Assembly (NCBI GenBank): GCA_041484095.1
Contig: JBGPGW010000002.1
Coordinates: forward strand, 1 to 43,527
Length of the DNA stretch: 43,527 bases
Origin: Alphaproteobacteria bacterium
Lineage (GTDB): Bacteria; Pseudomonadota; Alphaproteobacteria; CADEGL01
Reading direction: 5' to 3'
This document shows positions 29,633-39,904 of this stretch, in pieces; within the stretch, counting starts at the first letter, position 1, and every line of letters begins with the position of its first letter. Under the pieces are notes generated by a model that worked only from the letters and a program-made list of their open reading frames with translations, was not told the DNA's origin and ran no database searches. Made by a program: the position numbers and the translations under genes.

Positions 29633-32524
29633 ATGAACAGAACGCGCGAACTCCGGGATCTCGAGCAGCGAGACGATTTCGTCGGCCGGCATATCGGGCC
29701 GAACGCGGCGGAGATCGAATCGATGCTGCAGACGCTTGCGATTCCGTCCCTCGATGTCCTGGTCGAGCGCGCCGTGCCGCCGTCGATCTTCGAGACGGCG
29801 CCTCTCGGTTTGCCGGAGAGCCGCACGGAGGCGGACGTGTTGCGGACGGCGCGCGCGCTTGCGTCGCGCAACAAGGTTTTGAAGTCGATGATCGGCATGG
29901 GCTATTCCGATTGCATCACGCCCCCGGTCATCCTGCGCAACATCCTCGAGAATCCCGGCTGGTACACGGCCTACACGCCCTATCAGCCCGAGATCTCGCA
30001 GGGCCGGCTCGAGGCGCTTCTCAACTTCCAGACCATGGTCATGGAGCTGACCGGGATGGAGCTTGCCAATGCGTCGTTGCTCGATGAGGCGACCGCGGCC
30101 GCGGAAGCCATGACGCTGTGCCTGCACCAGGCGAAGACGGAGAGCAGGTCCTTCTTCATTTCCGCCTCCTGTCACCCGCAGACGATCGCCGTCGTCGAGA
30201 CGCGCGCGGAGCCGCTGGGGATCGAGGTGATCGTCGGCGATCCCGCGCGCGAACTCGGCGCGCACAAGGTGTTCGGCGTTCTCGTCCAGTATCCCGACAC
30301 CTATGGCGAGATCGGCGATCTTCGCGCCATCGCGGAGGCCGCCCATGCCCAGGGTGCGATGGTCGTTGCATCCGGCGATCTGCTGAGTCTCGTGGTGCTG
30401 ACCCCGCCTGGTGAGCTCGGCGCCGATGTCGCCATCGGCTCGTCCCAGCGGTTCGGCGTTCCGCTCGGCTTCGGCGGGCCGCATGCGGCCTATATGGCGA
30501 CCAAGGATGCCTTCAAGCGGGCGCTGCCCGGGCGCATCGTGGGCGTCTCGGTCGACGCGCGCGGCCGGCAGGCCATGCGGCTCGCCCTTCAGACGCGCGA
30601 GCAGCACATCCGCCGCGAGAAGGCGACGAGCAATATCTGCACGGCGCAAGTGCTGCTCGCGGTCATCGCCGGCATGTACGCGGTCTATCACGGCCCCGAA
30701 GGGCTGCGCACGATCGCCGCGCGCGTGCACCGCCTGACCGCCATCCTCGCCGAAGGGCTGCGGCGCCTCGGCTTCGGTCTTGCGAACGCGTCGTTTTTCG
30801 ACACCGTGACGGTCCGGACGCCGGGACGAGCGCGCGCGCTGATCGAGCGCGGGCTGAAAGCGGGATTCAATTTCCGCGGCGATCGCGCCGATTCGATCGG
30901 GATCGCGATCGATGAAGCGACGACGCGCCAGGACGTCGAGTCGATCCTCAAGGTCTTTGCCGACGCCAAGCCCGTGCCCTCGATCGAGGAGCTCGACCGC
31001 GCCGCGCCCGACGGCATTCCGGCGTCACTCCGGCGCGCGACACCCTTCCTCGCCCATCCCGTCTTCAATCGTCACCACTCCGAGACCGAGATGCTGCGCT
31101 ACTTGCGGCGCCTCGAGGACAAGGACATCGCGCTCAATCGTTCGATGATCCCGCTCGGGTCATGCACGATGAAGCTCAACGCCACGACGGAGATGATTCC
31201 GGTGACGTGGCGCGAGTTCGGCGGCATTCATCCCTTCGCGCCGCTCGACCAGGCCAAGGGTTATCTCAAGATGATCGCCGATCTCGAATCGATGCTGAAG
31301 AAGGTCACCGGATTCGCCGCGATCTCGCTTCAGCCCAACGCGGGATCGCAGGGCGAGTATGCGGGCCTCCTCGTCATTCGCCGCTACCACCAAAGCCGTA
31401 ACCAGGGCCATCGGAACGTCTGCCTCATCCCGAGCTCGGCGCACGGGACCAATCCCGCGAGCGCGGCGATGGCCGGGATGAGCGTCGTCGTCGTGGCGTG
31501 CGACGAGAAGGGCAATGTCGACGTCGGCGATTTGAAGCGCAAGGCCGAGGAGCACAAGGACCGGCTGGCGGCGCTCATGGTGACCTATCCCTCGACGCAT
31601 GGCGTCTTCGAGGAACGAATTCGCGAGATTTGCCGCATCGTGCATCGCGCCGGCGGCCAAGTGTACATGGACGGCGCCAATCTCAATGCCCAGGTCGGCC
31701 TGTGCCGCCCGGGCCGGTTCGGGCCCGACGTGGCGCACCTCAATCTCCACAAGACCTTCTGCATCCCGCATGGCGGCGGCGGGCCGGGCGTGGGGCCGAT
31801 CGGCGTCGCGAAGCACCTGGCGCCGTTCCTGCCGACCCACCCCGTTCACCCGTCCTGCGGGCCCAAGACGGGCATCGGCCCGGTCTCGGCGGCCCCCTGG
31901 GGCAGCGCGAGCATTCTGCCGATCTCCTGGGCCTATATCGCGATGATGGGCCGGAACGGCCTCCGGCGCGCGACGCAGGTCGCGATCCTCAACGCCAATT
32001 ACATCGCGCGCAAGCTGGCGCCGCACTATCCCGTGCTCTACACCGGCCTCAACGGCCTCGTCGCGCATGAATGCATCATCGACCTGCGCCCGCTCAAGGA
32101 TAGCTCCGGCATCTCGGTCGACGACGTGACCAAGCGCCTTATGGACTACGGCTTCCACGCGCCGACGATGTCGTTTCCCGTCGCGGGCACCCTGATGATC
32201 GAGCCCACGGAAAGCGAATCGAAGGTGGAGCTCGATCGCTTCTGCGAGGCGATGATCGCCATCCGCGGCGAAATTCGAAAGGTCGAAACCGGCGCCTATG
32301 ACAAGACCGACAATCCGCTGCGGAACGCCCCGCACACGGCGGACGACCTCACGAGCAGCGCTTGGACGCATCCCTATGCACGGGAGGAAGCCGCGTTCCC
32401 GGTCGAGTCGCTCCGGGCCGCCAAATACTGGCCGCCGGTCAACAGAATCGATCAAGTCTATGGCGATAGGAACCTCGTCTGCGCGTGCCCGCCGATCGAG
32501 GCCTATAAGAACGCCGCCGAATAA
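29633..32524 (+). CDS. gcvP: Glycine dehydrogenase (decarboxylating), single-chain P protein
   Basis: 963 aa, with the PLP-lysine motif [16 protein letters not shown]. Confidence 0.96.
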   Translation: MNRTRELRDLEQRDDFVGRHIGPNAAEIESMLQTLAIPSLDVLVERAVPPSIFETAPLGLPESRTEADVLRTARALASRNKVLKSMIGMGYSDCITPPVILRNILENPGWYTAYTPYQPEISQGRLEALLNFQTMVMELTGMELANASLLDEATAAAEAMTLCLHQAKTESRSFFISASCHPQTIAVVETRAEPLGIEVIVGDPARELGAHKVFGVLVQYPDTYGEIGDLRAIAEAAHAQGAMVVASGDLLSLVVLTPPGELGADVAIGSSQRFGVPLGFGGPHAAYMATKDAFKRALPGRIVGVSVDARGRQAMRLALQTREQHIRREKATSNICTAQVLLAVIAGMYAVYHGPEGLRTIAARVHRLTAILAEGLRRLGFGLANASFFDTVTVRTPGRARALIERGLKAGFNFRGDRADSIGIAIDEATTRQDVESILKVFADAKPVPSIEELDRAAPDGIPASLRRATPFLAHPVFNRHHSETEMLRYLRRLEDKDIALNRSMIPLGSCTMKLNATTEMIPVTWREFGGIHPFAPLDQAKGYLKMIADLESMLKKVTGFAAISLQPNAGSQGEYAGLLVIRRYHQSRNQGHRNVCLIPSSAHGTNPASAAMAGMSVVVVACDEKGNVDVGDLKRKAEEHKDRLAALMVTYPSTHGVFEERIREICRIVHRAGGQVYMDGANLNAQVGLCRPGRFGPDVAHLNLHKTFCIPHGGGGPGVGPIGVAKHLAPFLPTHPVHPSCGPKTGIGPVSAAPWGSASILPISWAYIAMMGRNGLRRATQVAILNANYIARKLAPHYPVLYTGLNGLVAHECIIDLRPLKDSSGISVDDVTKRLMDYGFHAPTMSFPVAGTLMIEPTESESKVELDRFCEAMIAIRGEIRKVETGAYDKTDNPLRNAPHTADDLTSSAWTHPYAREEAAFPVESLRAAKYWPPVNRIDQVYGDRNLVCACPPIEAYKNAAE

Positions 32525-32525
32525 G

Positions 32526-32558
32526 AAAAAAGCGGGGCGCTCCTCGATGCGCGTCCGC
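32526..32558 (-). terminator. Rho-independent terminator of the F0 atp operon (hairpin plus T-tract on the minus strand)
   Basis: On the minus strand, gcggacgcgc...gcgccccgc forms an imperfect stem and is followed by tttttt (the A-run at 32526-32531 on the plus strand). It lies between the atpF stop and the gcvP stop. Confidence 0.6.
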
Positions 32559-32569
32559 CTCGGCGCGCC

Positions 32570-33052
32570 TCAGTGCATCTTCTGCGGCAATTCCTTGATC
32601 GCTGTGTCGATCATCGCGCCGCGCTTGGAGGTATCGAGCGCGGATTCGAGCAGATGGCGCGTGGCCGCAATCGCCATGTCGGCGGCGGCCTGACGGACAT
32701 CATTGAGCGCCTGCGCCTCGGCCTGGGCTATGCGGTCGATGGCTTGGCGTTCCCGGCGCTGAAGCGAGGCTTCGAGCGCCTTCTCGCCCTGCGTTCGTTG
32801 CCGGGCGGCCTCCTCACGGGCATGGGCGATGATCTGCTGGATATCCTGCATGGCCTGACGCTGCTTCTGCTGGTACTCCGCGAGCAGGCGCTGCGCCGCC
32901 TCGCGCAAGTCGTGGGCTTCCTCGATCTGCGTCTTGATACGCACGGCCCTCTGATCGAGGGCCGAGAACACCGTCTTGCGGATCGGCTTCACCGCCAGCG
33001 CGATGAAGACCAGGAAGGAGATCAGAACCCAGAATGTCGGATCGTGAAGCAT
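32570..33052 (-). CDS. atpF: F0F1 ATP synthase subunit b
   Basis: One N-terminal TM helix followed by a long charged helix. It is the last gene of the atpI-B-E-F'-F order. Confidence 0.88.
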   Translation of the reverse strand: MLHDPTFWVLISFLVFIALAVKPIRKTVFSALDQRAVRIKTQIEEAHDLREAAQRLLAEYQQKQRQAMQDIQQIIAHAREEAARQRTQGEKALEASLQRRERQAIDRIAQAEAQALNDVRQAAADMAIAATRHLLESALDTSKRGAMIDTAIKELPQKMH

Positions 33053-33056
33053 CGGA

Positions 33057-33551
33057 TTATGGCCGCCGGGATTTCATGGCTGCGGCGACAGCAATGCTGA
33101 CGGTGCGCTCGTCGGGCGCCGTCCCGACGAGACGTTCGGTCGCCTGGCGCACCGCCCCGCTCGCGATGGAACCGATATTGGCGATCGCCTGCGCCTTCGC
33201 GCTCGCGATCCGGTCCTCGGCGCCTTTGATCTGATCGGCCAGGCGCTCGCCCCATTCGGCGTGCTGCCGGGCAGCCTCGGCGGCGACCGCCGCCGCGGCG
33301 TCACGCAAGCTGGCCTGGGCCTCGGCGCGCGCCTCGGCGACCGCCTTTTCGTAGGCGCCGAGGACGGCTTCGGCCTCTTCCTTGAGCTTGGTGGCCATAT
33401 CGAGATCGTTGTCGATCCGGCCCTGGCGGGTCTTCAGCACCTCGGCCACGCGCGGCAGGGCCACGCGCCACATGAGGATGTAGAGGACGATGAACGTTAT
33501 CGCCAGCCAGAGGATCTGGGTGGGAAACGTCGCCGGGTCGAGCTGGGGCAT
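33057..33551 (-). CDS. atpF2: F0F1 ATP synthase subunit b' (second b-type subunit)
   Basis: MPQLDPATFPTQILWLAITFIVLYILM followed by a coiled helix. The duplicated b/b' arrangement is typical of alphaproteobacteria. Confidence 0.86.
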   Translation of the reverse strand: MPQLDPATFPTQILWLAITFIVLYILMWRVALPRVAEVLKTRQGRIDNDLDMATKLKEEAEAVLGAYEKAVAEARAEAQASLRDAAAAVAAEAARQHAEWGERLADQIKGAEDRIASAKAQAIANIGSIASGAVRQATERLVGTAPDERTVSIAVAAAMKSRRP

Positions 33552-33599
33552 GACGGCGACCTATCGTGCTTCGTCGGACATGGGCGCGGCGTGCCGCGC

Positions 33600-33824
33600 T
33601 CAGGTGAACAGGATGAGGAAGGAGATCAAAAGCGCATAGAGCGCCACCGCCTCGACAAGGGCGAATCCCAACATGCCGAGCGGGAAGACTTGCGGGCGCG
33701 CGGCGGGATTGCGGGCGATCGAGCTGATCAGCGAAGCGAAGATGCTGCCGATGCCAGCGCCGACGCCGGACAGCCCGATCACGGCCAGTCCGGCACCGAT
33801 CATCTTTGCGGCTTCTGTTTCCAT
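33600..33824 (-). CDS. atpE: F0F1 ATP synthase subunit c
   Basis: 74 aa, METEAAKMIGAGLAVIGLSGVGAGIG...ARNP...GFALVEAVALY, with the conserved carboxylate E. SD AAGGGGA lies upstream of ATG 33824. The longer track ORF is an upstream extension. Confidence 0.95.
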   Translation of the reverse strand: METEAAKMIGAGLAVIGLSGVGAGIGSIFASLISSIARNPAARPQVFPLGMLGFALVEAVALYALLISFLILFT

Positions 33825-33885
33825 TGGTGTTGTTCCCCTTCTTCTGGCGTTGGATGGATGAGGATGCGCAGAGACGCGCCGGTCC

Positions 33886-34638
33886 TCAATGCAGGTGAAT
33901 CGAATCGTTGAGATAGAGGCAGGTGAGCACGGTGAACACATAGGCCTGCAGGAACGCGACCAGCAGCTCGAAGGCCGTGAGCGCGACGTTCATGGCCAGC
34001 GGCGCTATGCCCCCGACGCCGAACGTGGCCGCGCCCAGCGTCACGACGAAGCCCGCGAAGACCTTCATCATGGTGTGCCCGGCCATCATGTTCGCGAACA
34101 GCCGGATCGACAGGCTGACCGGCCGTGAAAGGTAGGAAATGATCTCGATCGGCACCATGAGCGGCAGCATCACGGCCGGCACGCCCTTGGGCACGAAAAA
34201 GCTGAAGAAGTGAAGACCGTGCATCACGATGCCGACCAGCGTGACGCCGATGATGACGACGACCGCCAGGGCCGCCGTGACGGCGAGGTGGCTCGTGAAG
34301 GTGAAGCTGTAGGGAACGAGACCGAGGAGGTTTCCGAACAGGATGAACATGAACAACGTGAAGATGAAGGGGAAGAACCGGCGTCCCTCGCTGCCCACAT
34401 TGTCGCGGATCATGTTGGCGATGAACTCGTAGGACAATTCCGCCATCGACTGCCAGCGCCCGGGAACGAGCGTGCCGCGCCGCATGCTCATGGTCAGGAA
34501 CATGGTGATGATGACCACCGCCGCCACCATGACAGCCGCGGAATTGGTGAACGACATGTCGACGCCGCCAAGGTCGATCGGGACCAGGCGCTTGATATGG
34601 AACTGTTCGAGAGGGCTGTGCCCGCCAGCTTCGGCCAT
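33886..34638 (-). CDS. atpB: F0F1 ATP synthase subunit a
   Basis: SLSIRLFANMMAGH, with the essential Arg, in a 250-aa polytopic protein. Confidence 0.94.
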   Translation of the reverse strand: MAEAGGHSPLEQFHIKRLVPIDLGGVDMSFTNSAAVMVAAVVIITMFLTMSMRRGTLVPGRWQSMAELSYEFIANMIRDNVGSEGRRFFPFIFTLFMFILFGNLLGLVPYSFTFTSHLAVTAALAVVVIIGVTLVGIVMHGLHFFSFFVPKGVPAVMLPLMVPIEIISYLSRPVSLSIRLFANMMAGHTMMKVFAGFVVTLGAATFGVGGIAPLAMNVALTAFELLVAFLQAYVFTVLTCLYLNDSIHLH

Positions 34639-34642
34639 CGCG

Positions 34643-34987
34643 CTACTTCAACTCCCCTTCGTCTTCGTCCGTCGGCTGCTCGCGCTTCTTGTAACCGACG
34701 GCGAGACCGTACCCCTTGGTGGCGCGGTAGACATTGAGAATTCCGGCGGCCGCCCCGAGGAAAAAGAACGTGATCAACAGCCAGGGCCCCGTGCCGAGCC
34801 ACCGGTCGAGCAACCACCCGACAGCGAGCCCGACAAGAAGGCCCGAGACCAACTCGGCAGCGATCCGGAACGCCTGCCCAACAGCCGAGGATTCAGCCTT
34901 GGGGCCCTCATGCGGCTTTCGCGCCCGCGCCCGTCGGAGCCGATTCTCGAGATCCTTCAATGAGGGTGGGGAGCCGCCTTCCTCCAT
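34643..34987 (-). CDS. atpI: ATP synthase protein I (AtpI-like small membrane protein)
   Basis: Two TM helices (AFRIAAELVSGLLVGLAVGWLL and WLLITFFFLGAAAGILNVY) directly upstream of atpB. ATG 34987 is preferred over TTG 35065 because a promoter-like element overlaps the TTG. Confidence 0.75.
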   Translation of the reverse strand: MEEGGSPPSLKDLENRLRRARARKPHEGPKAESSAVGQAFRIAAELVSGLLVGLAVGWLLDRWLGTGPWLLITFFFLGAAAGILNVYRATKGYGLAVGYKKREQPTDEDEGELK

Positions 34988-35046
34988 CGCCTGACGCCCG
35001 CGCTGACCTTTCTTGCGATTGGCTGCGGCCGCGCCAAGTCGGCCGG

Positions 35047-35075
35047 AACTTACGGACTGCCCCAAATCCTGTCAA
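35047..35075 (-). promoter_or_regulatory. Sigma70-type promoter candidate for the atpIBEF'F operon
   Basis: The minus strand reads TTGACA (35075-35070), a 17-nt spacer, then TAAGTT (35052-47). Confidence 0.45.
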
Positions 35076-35125
35076 GGAGGGGCCTGGGTATGGCAACCCA
35101 TTCAATTCACTCGATAAATATGGCC

Positions 35126-38100
35126 TTAGGCGGTGGCGCGAAGGCGTTCCGCGCGGGCCAAATCGACCGAGACGAGCTGGGAGACGCCAGCCTCCGGCAT
35201 GGTAACGCCGAACAGCCTGTCCATGCGCGCCATCGTCATCCGGTGATGGGTGATGACGAGGAACCGGGTCGAGGAGTGATGCGCGATTTCCTCGAGCAGG
35301 CTGCAGATGCGATCGACGTTCGCATCGTCGAGCGGCGCATCGACCTCGTCGAGGATGCAGATGGGCGCGGGGTTCGTCATGAACACCGCGAAGAGGAGGG
35401 CAAGCGCGGTCAAGGCGCGCTCGCCGCCCGAGAGCAGCGAGAGAACCTGAAGTCGCTTGCCCGGCGGACTCGCCATGATTTCAAGACCGGCCTCGAGCGG
35501 GTTGTCGAGATCGGTCAGCATCAGGCGCGCGCGGCCGCCGCCGAAGAGGCGGGTGAACAACACCTGAAAATGTTCGTTCACCGCCTCGAAGGATGCGAGA
35601 AGGCGCTGCCGTCCTTCGCGGTTGAGTTCCGCGATGCCGTCGCGCAAGCGTGCGATGGCGGCGAGAAGATCATCCCGCTCGCCTCTCAGCGCGACGATCT
35701 TGTCGCCGAGTTCGGCGGCTTCCTGCTCGGCGCGGAGGTTGACCGCGCCCATATTGTCCCGCTCGCGATGGAGCCGGTCGAGCCGGCCTTCGAGATGGGC
35801 CAAGTCGGGCAGTTCGGCCTCGTCCTTGATGCCCGCCACGTCGAGCGCCTGTTTCGGCGTGCAATCGATCCGCTCGGCGATCCGCTCGGCGATGTTCGTG
35901 CTGGCCAGCTCCGCCTGCTCGACGGCGGCCTCAGACCGCACGCGCTCCTCTCGCGCTTCCGCGAGGGATTGATCGGCGGATTTGAGCCGCCTGTCCGCGT
36001 CGGCCAGAAGCGATTCCGCCGTGACCAGCTCATCGGAGGCCTCTTTGCGCTTGGCTTCGGCGATCGTGATCCGATCCGACAGGGCATTGCGCTGCAGGGC
36101 GATCTCGCTGGGACGTTCGGCAAGCCGCGCCTGCTCCGATTGCGCCGCGACGGCGCGCTCATCGAGCGATTTCAGCTGCCGGGCCGCGGCCTCTGAGCGC
36201 TCGCGCCAGAAATCGTCTTCCTTGGCGATATCGTCGAGCCGATGGCGGCGCACCTCGGCCTCGCGAATGAACCGGTCGAGCCGGCTTTGCCGCTCGGCAA
36301 GGGAGGCGCGCCGTTCCGCAAGGTCGACCCGGAGCCGATCGAGCTGCGCCTGGCTGGACATGCTCTCCGAGAGCGAAGCGAGGCCGCGTTCCGCCTCCGT
36401 GAGCTTGGCTTCCGCCTCGGCGCGCTCACGTTCGCTGCGTGCGATCGCGTCTTCGAGCATCGAAAGGCGCGACGCATCCGCGGCCGAACGCTGCGCCAGC
36501 GCGCCATGACCCTCGCGCGCCTGGTCAAGCGCGGAAAGACAGTGCCGGGCCCGTTCCTGCGCATCGCGTGCGGCCAGCGTCGCCGTTTGACTGGCATCGC
36601 GCGCAAGATTGTACCGGGCTTGGGCGTCCGTCAGATCGCGTGCGGCCGATTCGAGCGCGGGGCGCAACGCGGCGTGTCGATTGCGCTGCGCGAGGCGCAT
36701 CGCCGCGGTCGTGAGGGCCCCGGCGCGGATGGTAAAGCCGTCCCAGCGCCAGAGCGCCCCGTCGCGGGAGACGAGGCGCTGGCCCGGCGTAAGCGCGGCG
36801 GCCCGGGCGGCGCCTTCGGCCGCGGTCTCGACGAACCCGATCTGGGAAAGCCGTCGCGCCAAGGTCTCGGGCGCGCGAACATGATCGCTCAGCGGGACAA
36901 CGCCGTCCGGCAGCGCGGCCGGTGCCGCGAAAGGCAAAAGGCTGCGCCAATGGATGGGCGCGCCTTCGTCCGCCGGCGCCCCGAGGTCATCGCCGAGCGC
37001 CGCGCCGAGCGCCGCTTCATAGCCCGCGCCCACCGTGACGCGATCGATGATCGGCGGCCACATGTCGCTTTCGCCGGCCGTGAGCAATTCGGCGAGCGCC
37101 CGCTCCTCCGCCCGAAGGCCTGCGACGGAGCCCTCGATCTCGCGGAGGGCTTCGCGCGCGCTGCGCTCGGTCTCCTCGGCGCGCGCGCGGGCCGCATCGG
37201 CCTCGCCGGCACGCGATTGAGCGGTTTCAAGATCGATTCGCGCCTGCTCGCGCGCCGCCGCGGCACTGGCAAGATCGCGCTCGGCCACGGCCGCCTGCCG
37301 GATCGAAGCCATTTCCTTGGCGATGCCGTCGAGCAGCGAGCTCAGGCGTTCGATCCGCTCCTGACTGTCGCTCCGGCGCTGCGCGAGTTCGGCGCGCCGC
37401 GCCTCGGTCGCCGCGATCTCGGCCGTCAGGGCCGCGAGCCTGCCTTCGACCGCTTCCGCATTGGCCGTCGCCGCTTGGACTTCATCGCGTGCGCCGCGTT
37501 CGTGCTCGGCCTCGTCGATCTGGGCCGCCGCCAGATCGGAGCGCTCGGCCCTCAACCGCTCGCGCGCCGCCGTCGTATCGAGCTCGAGCGTCCGCTCGCG
37601 TGTCTTGTCGGCCTCGATCTGATCGAGCCGTGCCATGAGTTCGGCCTGGGCCGCCTGGACACGCGCTTCTTCCGCATCGAGGCCGTCGAGTGCCACAGCC
37701 AGGCGATGCAGCTCCGCCGCGGCGACGGCTTCCGCTTGGCGCAGCGGCGCGAGGCGTGCGGCGGCGTTGGCCTGGGCGGTGGCCGCGGCGGCGGCGGCAC
37801 CCGTCAGGTCCGCGACGCGCGCGTCGATCGCGCTGAAGCGAAGGCGGGCCGCCTCGACGGCCGCCTCTGCGTCACGCCAGCGCCGGTAGAGCAGCATGGC
37901 CTCGGCGCGGCGGATATGGTAGCTCAGATTCCGGTAGCGTGTCGCCTGGCGGGCTTGCTTCTTGAGCCCATCGAGTTGTGAATCGAGCGTCACGAGGACG
38001 TCGTCCAAACGCTGCAGATTGGTTTCGGCAGCCCGCAAGCGCAGCTCGGCTTCATGGCGACGGTTGTGGAGGCCTGTGATGCCGGCGGCTTCTTCGAGAA

Positions 38101-38590
38101 GAGCGCGCCGGTCGATCGGCCGGGCCGCGACGAGGGAGCCGACGCGGCCCTGGCTTACGATGGCCGTCGAGCGGGCGCCGCTCGCGACATCGGCAAACAG
38201 CAGCGCGACATCGCGCGCACGGACGTCCCGGCCGTTCACGCGGTAGTGGGAACCCTCGCTGCGCTCGATCCGGCGCGTGATCTCGATCGCCTCGTCGCCA
38301 TTGTAGGCGGCGGGCGCGTTGCGGTCCGAATTGTCGAGCACGATCGAAACTTCGGCGATGTTACGGGCGGGTCGGTCGGCTGTGCCGCCGAAGATGACGT
38401 CGTCCATCTCGCCGCCGCGCATTTCCTTGGCCGACGCCTCGGCCATGACCCATCGCAGTGCATCGACGAGATTCGACTTGCCGCACCCGTTCGGCCCGAC
38501 CACGCCGGTGAGGCCCGATTCGATGATGAGTTCCGACGGTTCAACGAAGGATTTGAACCCGGCAAGTCGAAGTTTGGCGAACTGAACCAA
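35126..38590 (-). CDS. smc: Chromosome segregation protein SMC
   Basis: 1154 aa with Walker A GPNGCGKSN, long coiled coils, signature LSGGERALTAL and Walker B ILDEVDAPLD. The apparent start codon is TTG. Confidence 0.95.
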   Translation of the reverse strand: MVQFAKLRLAGFKSFVEPSELIIESGLTGVVGPNGCGKSNLVDALRWVMAEASAKEMRGGEMDDVIFGGTADRPARNIAEVSIVLDNSDRNAPAAYNGDEAIEITRRIERSEGSHYRVNGRDVRARDVALLFADVASGARSTAIVSQGRVGSLVAARPIDRRALLEEAAGITGLHNRRHEAELRLRAAETNLQRLDDVLVTLDSQLDGLKKQARQATRYRNLSYHIRRAEAMLLYRRWRDAEAAVEAARLRFSAIDARVADLTGAAAAAATAQANAAARLAPLRQAEAVAAAELHRLAVALDGLDAEEARVQAAQAELMARLDQIEADKTRERTLELDTTAARERLRAERSDLAAAQIDEAEHERGARDEVQAATANAEAVEGRLAALTAEIAATEARRAELAQRRSDSQERIERLSSLLDGIAKEMASIRQAAVAERDLASAAAAREQARIDLETAQSRAGEADAARARAEETERSAREALREIEGSVAGLRAEERALAELLTAGESDMWPPIIDRVTVGAGYEAALGAALGDDLGAPADEGAPIHWRSLLPFAAPAALPDGVVPLSDHVRAPETLARRLSQIGFVETAAEGAARAAALTPGQRLVSRDGALWRWDGFTIRAGALTTAAMRLAQRNRHAALRPALESAARDLTDAQARYNLARDASQTATLAARDAQERARHCLSALDQAREGHGALAQRSAADASRLSMLEDAIARSERERAEAEAKLTEAERGLASLSESMSSQAQLDRLRVDLAERRASLAERQSRLDRFIREAEVRRHRLDDIAKEDDFWRERSEAAARQLKSLDERAVAAQSEQARLAERPSEIALQRNALSDRITIAEAKRKEASDELVTAESLLADADRRLKSADQSLAEAREERVRSEAAVEQAELASTNIAERIAERIDCTPKQALDVAGIKDEAELPDLAHLEGRLDRLHRERDNMGAVNLRAEQEAAELGDKIVALRGERDDLLAAIARLRDGIAELNREGRQRLLASFEAVNEHFQVLFTRLFGGGRARLMLTDLDNPLEAGLEIMASPPGKRLQVLSLLSGGERALTALALLFAVFMTNPAPICILDEVDAPLDDANVDRICSLLEEIAHHSSTRFLVITHHRMTMARMDRLFGVTMPEAGVSQLVSVDLARAERLRATA

Positions 38591-38619
38591 GCGGCGGTCC
38601 CAAAAAATGGTGATGAGGG

Positions 38620-39228
38620 TTACTTTACGAGAGGCTTCAGGGCCTTCTCAAAGCTTTCGTAGGAGGAGACGTCGTCGGCCTTCTTGCCGTTGATCACGAA
38701 GCTCGGAGTGGCGTTGATGGAGAACTTCGATTCGGCATCGGAGCGCTCCTTGCGGACGGCCTGGAACAAGGCTTCGTTCTTGGCGCAGGCCTCGAAGTCG
38801 GCCTCCGACATGCCGCCGAGCCGGGCGATCTGGCTGAGCGCCTTCTTCGGATCCTCCGCCCGCGCCCATTGATCCTGCCCGCGGAACAGCGCGTCGAGGA
38901 AGCTGAAATAACGGTCGGGCGGTGCGCAGCGCGCGACCATCGCGGCGAGCGTCGCCCGGCTGTCCAAGGGAAAATCGCGGAAGATGATCTTGACCTTGCC
39001 CGTGTCGACAAAGTGCGTCTTGAGCTTTGGCAAGGTGTCGCGGTGGAAGGCGGCACAGTGCGGGCAGGTCAGGGAGGCGTATTCGATGATCGTGACCGGG
39101 GCATTGGCCTTGCCGATCATCCGGTCCGCCATGGCCTCCTCGAGCGAGGGCAGCGCGGCCGAAACCGGCGCCGCCAGCCCCCATGCAAGACTCCAGCATA
39201 GGACTAACCGTAGTAGGAAAATCTTCAA
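38620..39228 (-). CDS. DsbA-family periplasmic thiol:disulfide oxidoreductase
   Basis: CPHC active site (SLTCPHCAAFH). Starting at TTG 39228 gives the signal peptide MKIFLLRLVLCWSLAWGLAAPVSA, with GGAG 6 nt upstream. The track ATG at 39285 would add 19 aa ahead of it. Confidence 0.85.
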   Translation of the reverse strand: MKIFLLRLVLCWSLAWGLAAPVSAALPSLEEAMADRMIGKANAPVTIIEYASLTCPHCAAFHRDTLPKLKTHFVDTGKVKIIFRDFPLDSRATLAAMVARCAPPDRYFSFLDALFRGQDQWARAEDPKKALSQIARLGGMSEADFEACAKNEALFQAVRKERSDAESKFSINATPSFVINGKKADDVSSYESFEKALKPLVK

Positions 39229-39335
39229 AACCGACTCCGATCTACAAGATGTAGGGAAAGTATATCGAGGCCCCTTGGTCTCCACAAGAACCCGGGAAAG
39301 TGGCGGAAATTAGCACGTTTCACGCGCTCCCCGCC

Positions 39336-39824
39336 TTAGGGTTCGCGGCCGGATCTGGTGCTTCGGACCACGGCCGAGCCGAGCCGCGCAAGGGCCGCAC
39401 GAAGCTCCTCATCCTCCACGATGTCGACCGCCGGGGGAGAAGCCTCACTCGGTCCGGTCGGGACGACATGGCGGCTCGCACGCACGCGCGCCTTGGGCGG
39501 CGCGTCCTGGACCAGGCGGATGCGCTTGATCGCGCCGTAGCCGAGATGGCCGTTGATGCGTTCGATCAGCACCGGCTCGAGATGCTGAAGCTCGATGGCC
39601 ACCGGCCCGCGCGCGGCCAGGACCAAGGTCGCGCCTTCCCCTTCCGGCGCGCGGTCGATCAGCCGGCGCGGCACACAGTGCTGCGCCAGCTTCTCCCCGA
39701 TGACGGTCGGCCAATCCGTGATGAGGCGGGCCAGGGTGGCGCCGCCGCTGCGCAAGGACTTGCGGGCCACATCGGGCAGCAGCGCGGCGAGCGCCCGCGG
39801 ACCGCGACCCCGGCGCGGCGTCAT
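39336..39824 (-). CDS. DUF721 domain protein (DciA-type replicative-helicase operator family)
   Basis: ALAALLPDV...LITDWPTVIGEKLAQHCVPRRL...TLVLAARGPVAIELQHLEPVLIERIN fits the DUF721 pattern. Being divergent from mutY is the common alphaproteobacterial arrangement. Confidence 0.75.
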   Translation of the reverse strand: MTPRRGRGPRALAALLPDVARKSLRSGGATLARLITDWPTVIGEKLAQHCVPRRLIDRAPEGEGATLVLAARGPVAIELQHLEPVLIERINGHLGYGAIKRIRLVQDAPPKARVRASRHVVPTGPSEASPPAVDIVEDEELRAALARLGSAVVRSTRSGREP

Positions 39825-39904
39825 GGAGTCATTGCCTTCGTCTCCAGCATCGGCCCTATGTTACGCGACGACGCGAGGCCGACGAAGATTCTTAGGGGAT
39901 AGGA

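Noticed and set aside
36242-37981. Very long ORFs antisense to, or out of frame with, recognised genes. Examples: 36242-37981 (+) inside smc, 40968-42779 (+) opposite the AMP-ligase, 11206-12387 (-) opposite coxA, 19186-20748 (-) opposite the M16 peptidase, 22499-23980 (-) opposite the DsbD-like gene, and 27792-28979, 29594-30730 and 31160-32455 (-) opposite the riboswitch and gcvT/gcvP.
   Set aside because: Their translations are Arg/Ala/Gly/Pro-rich low-complexity sequences with no recognisable motifs. They fully overlap genes that carry strong family signatures. Stop-codon scarcity in GC-rich DNA produces such ORFs routinely.
39314-39324. A parS-like sequence (GTTTCACG) near smc.
   Set aside because: Only one half of the 16-bp palindrome TGTTTCACGTGAAACA is present, and the other half does not match. 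A single 8-mer is expected by chance.
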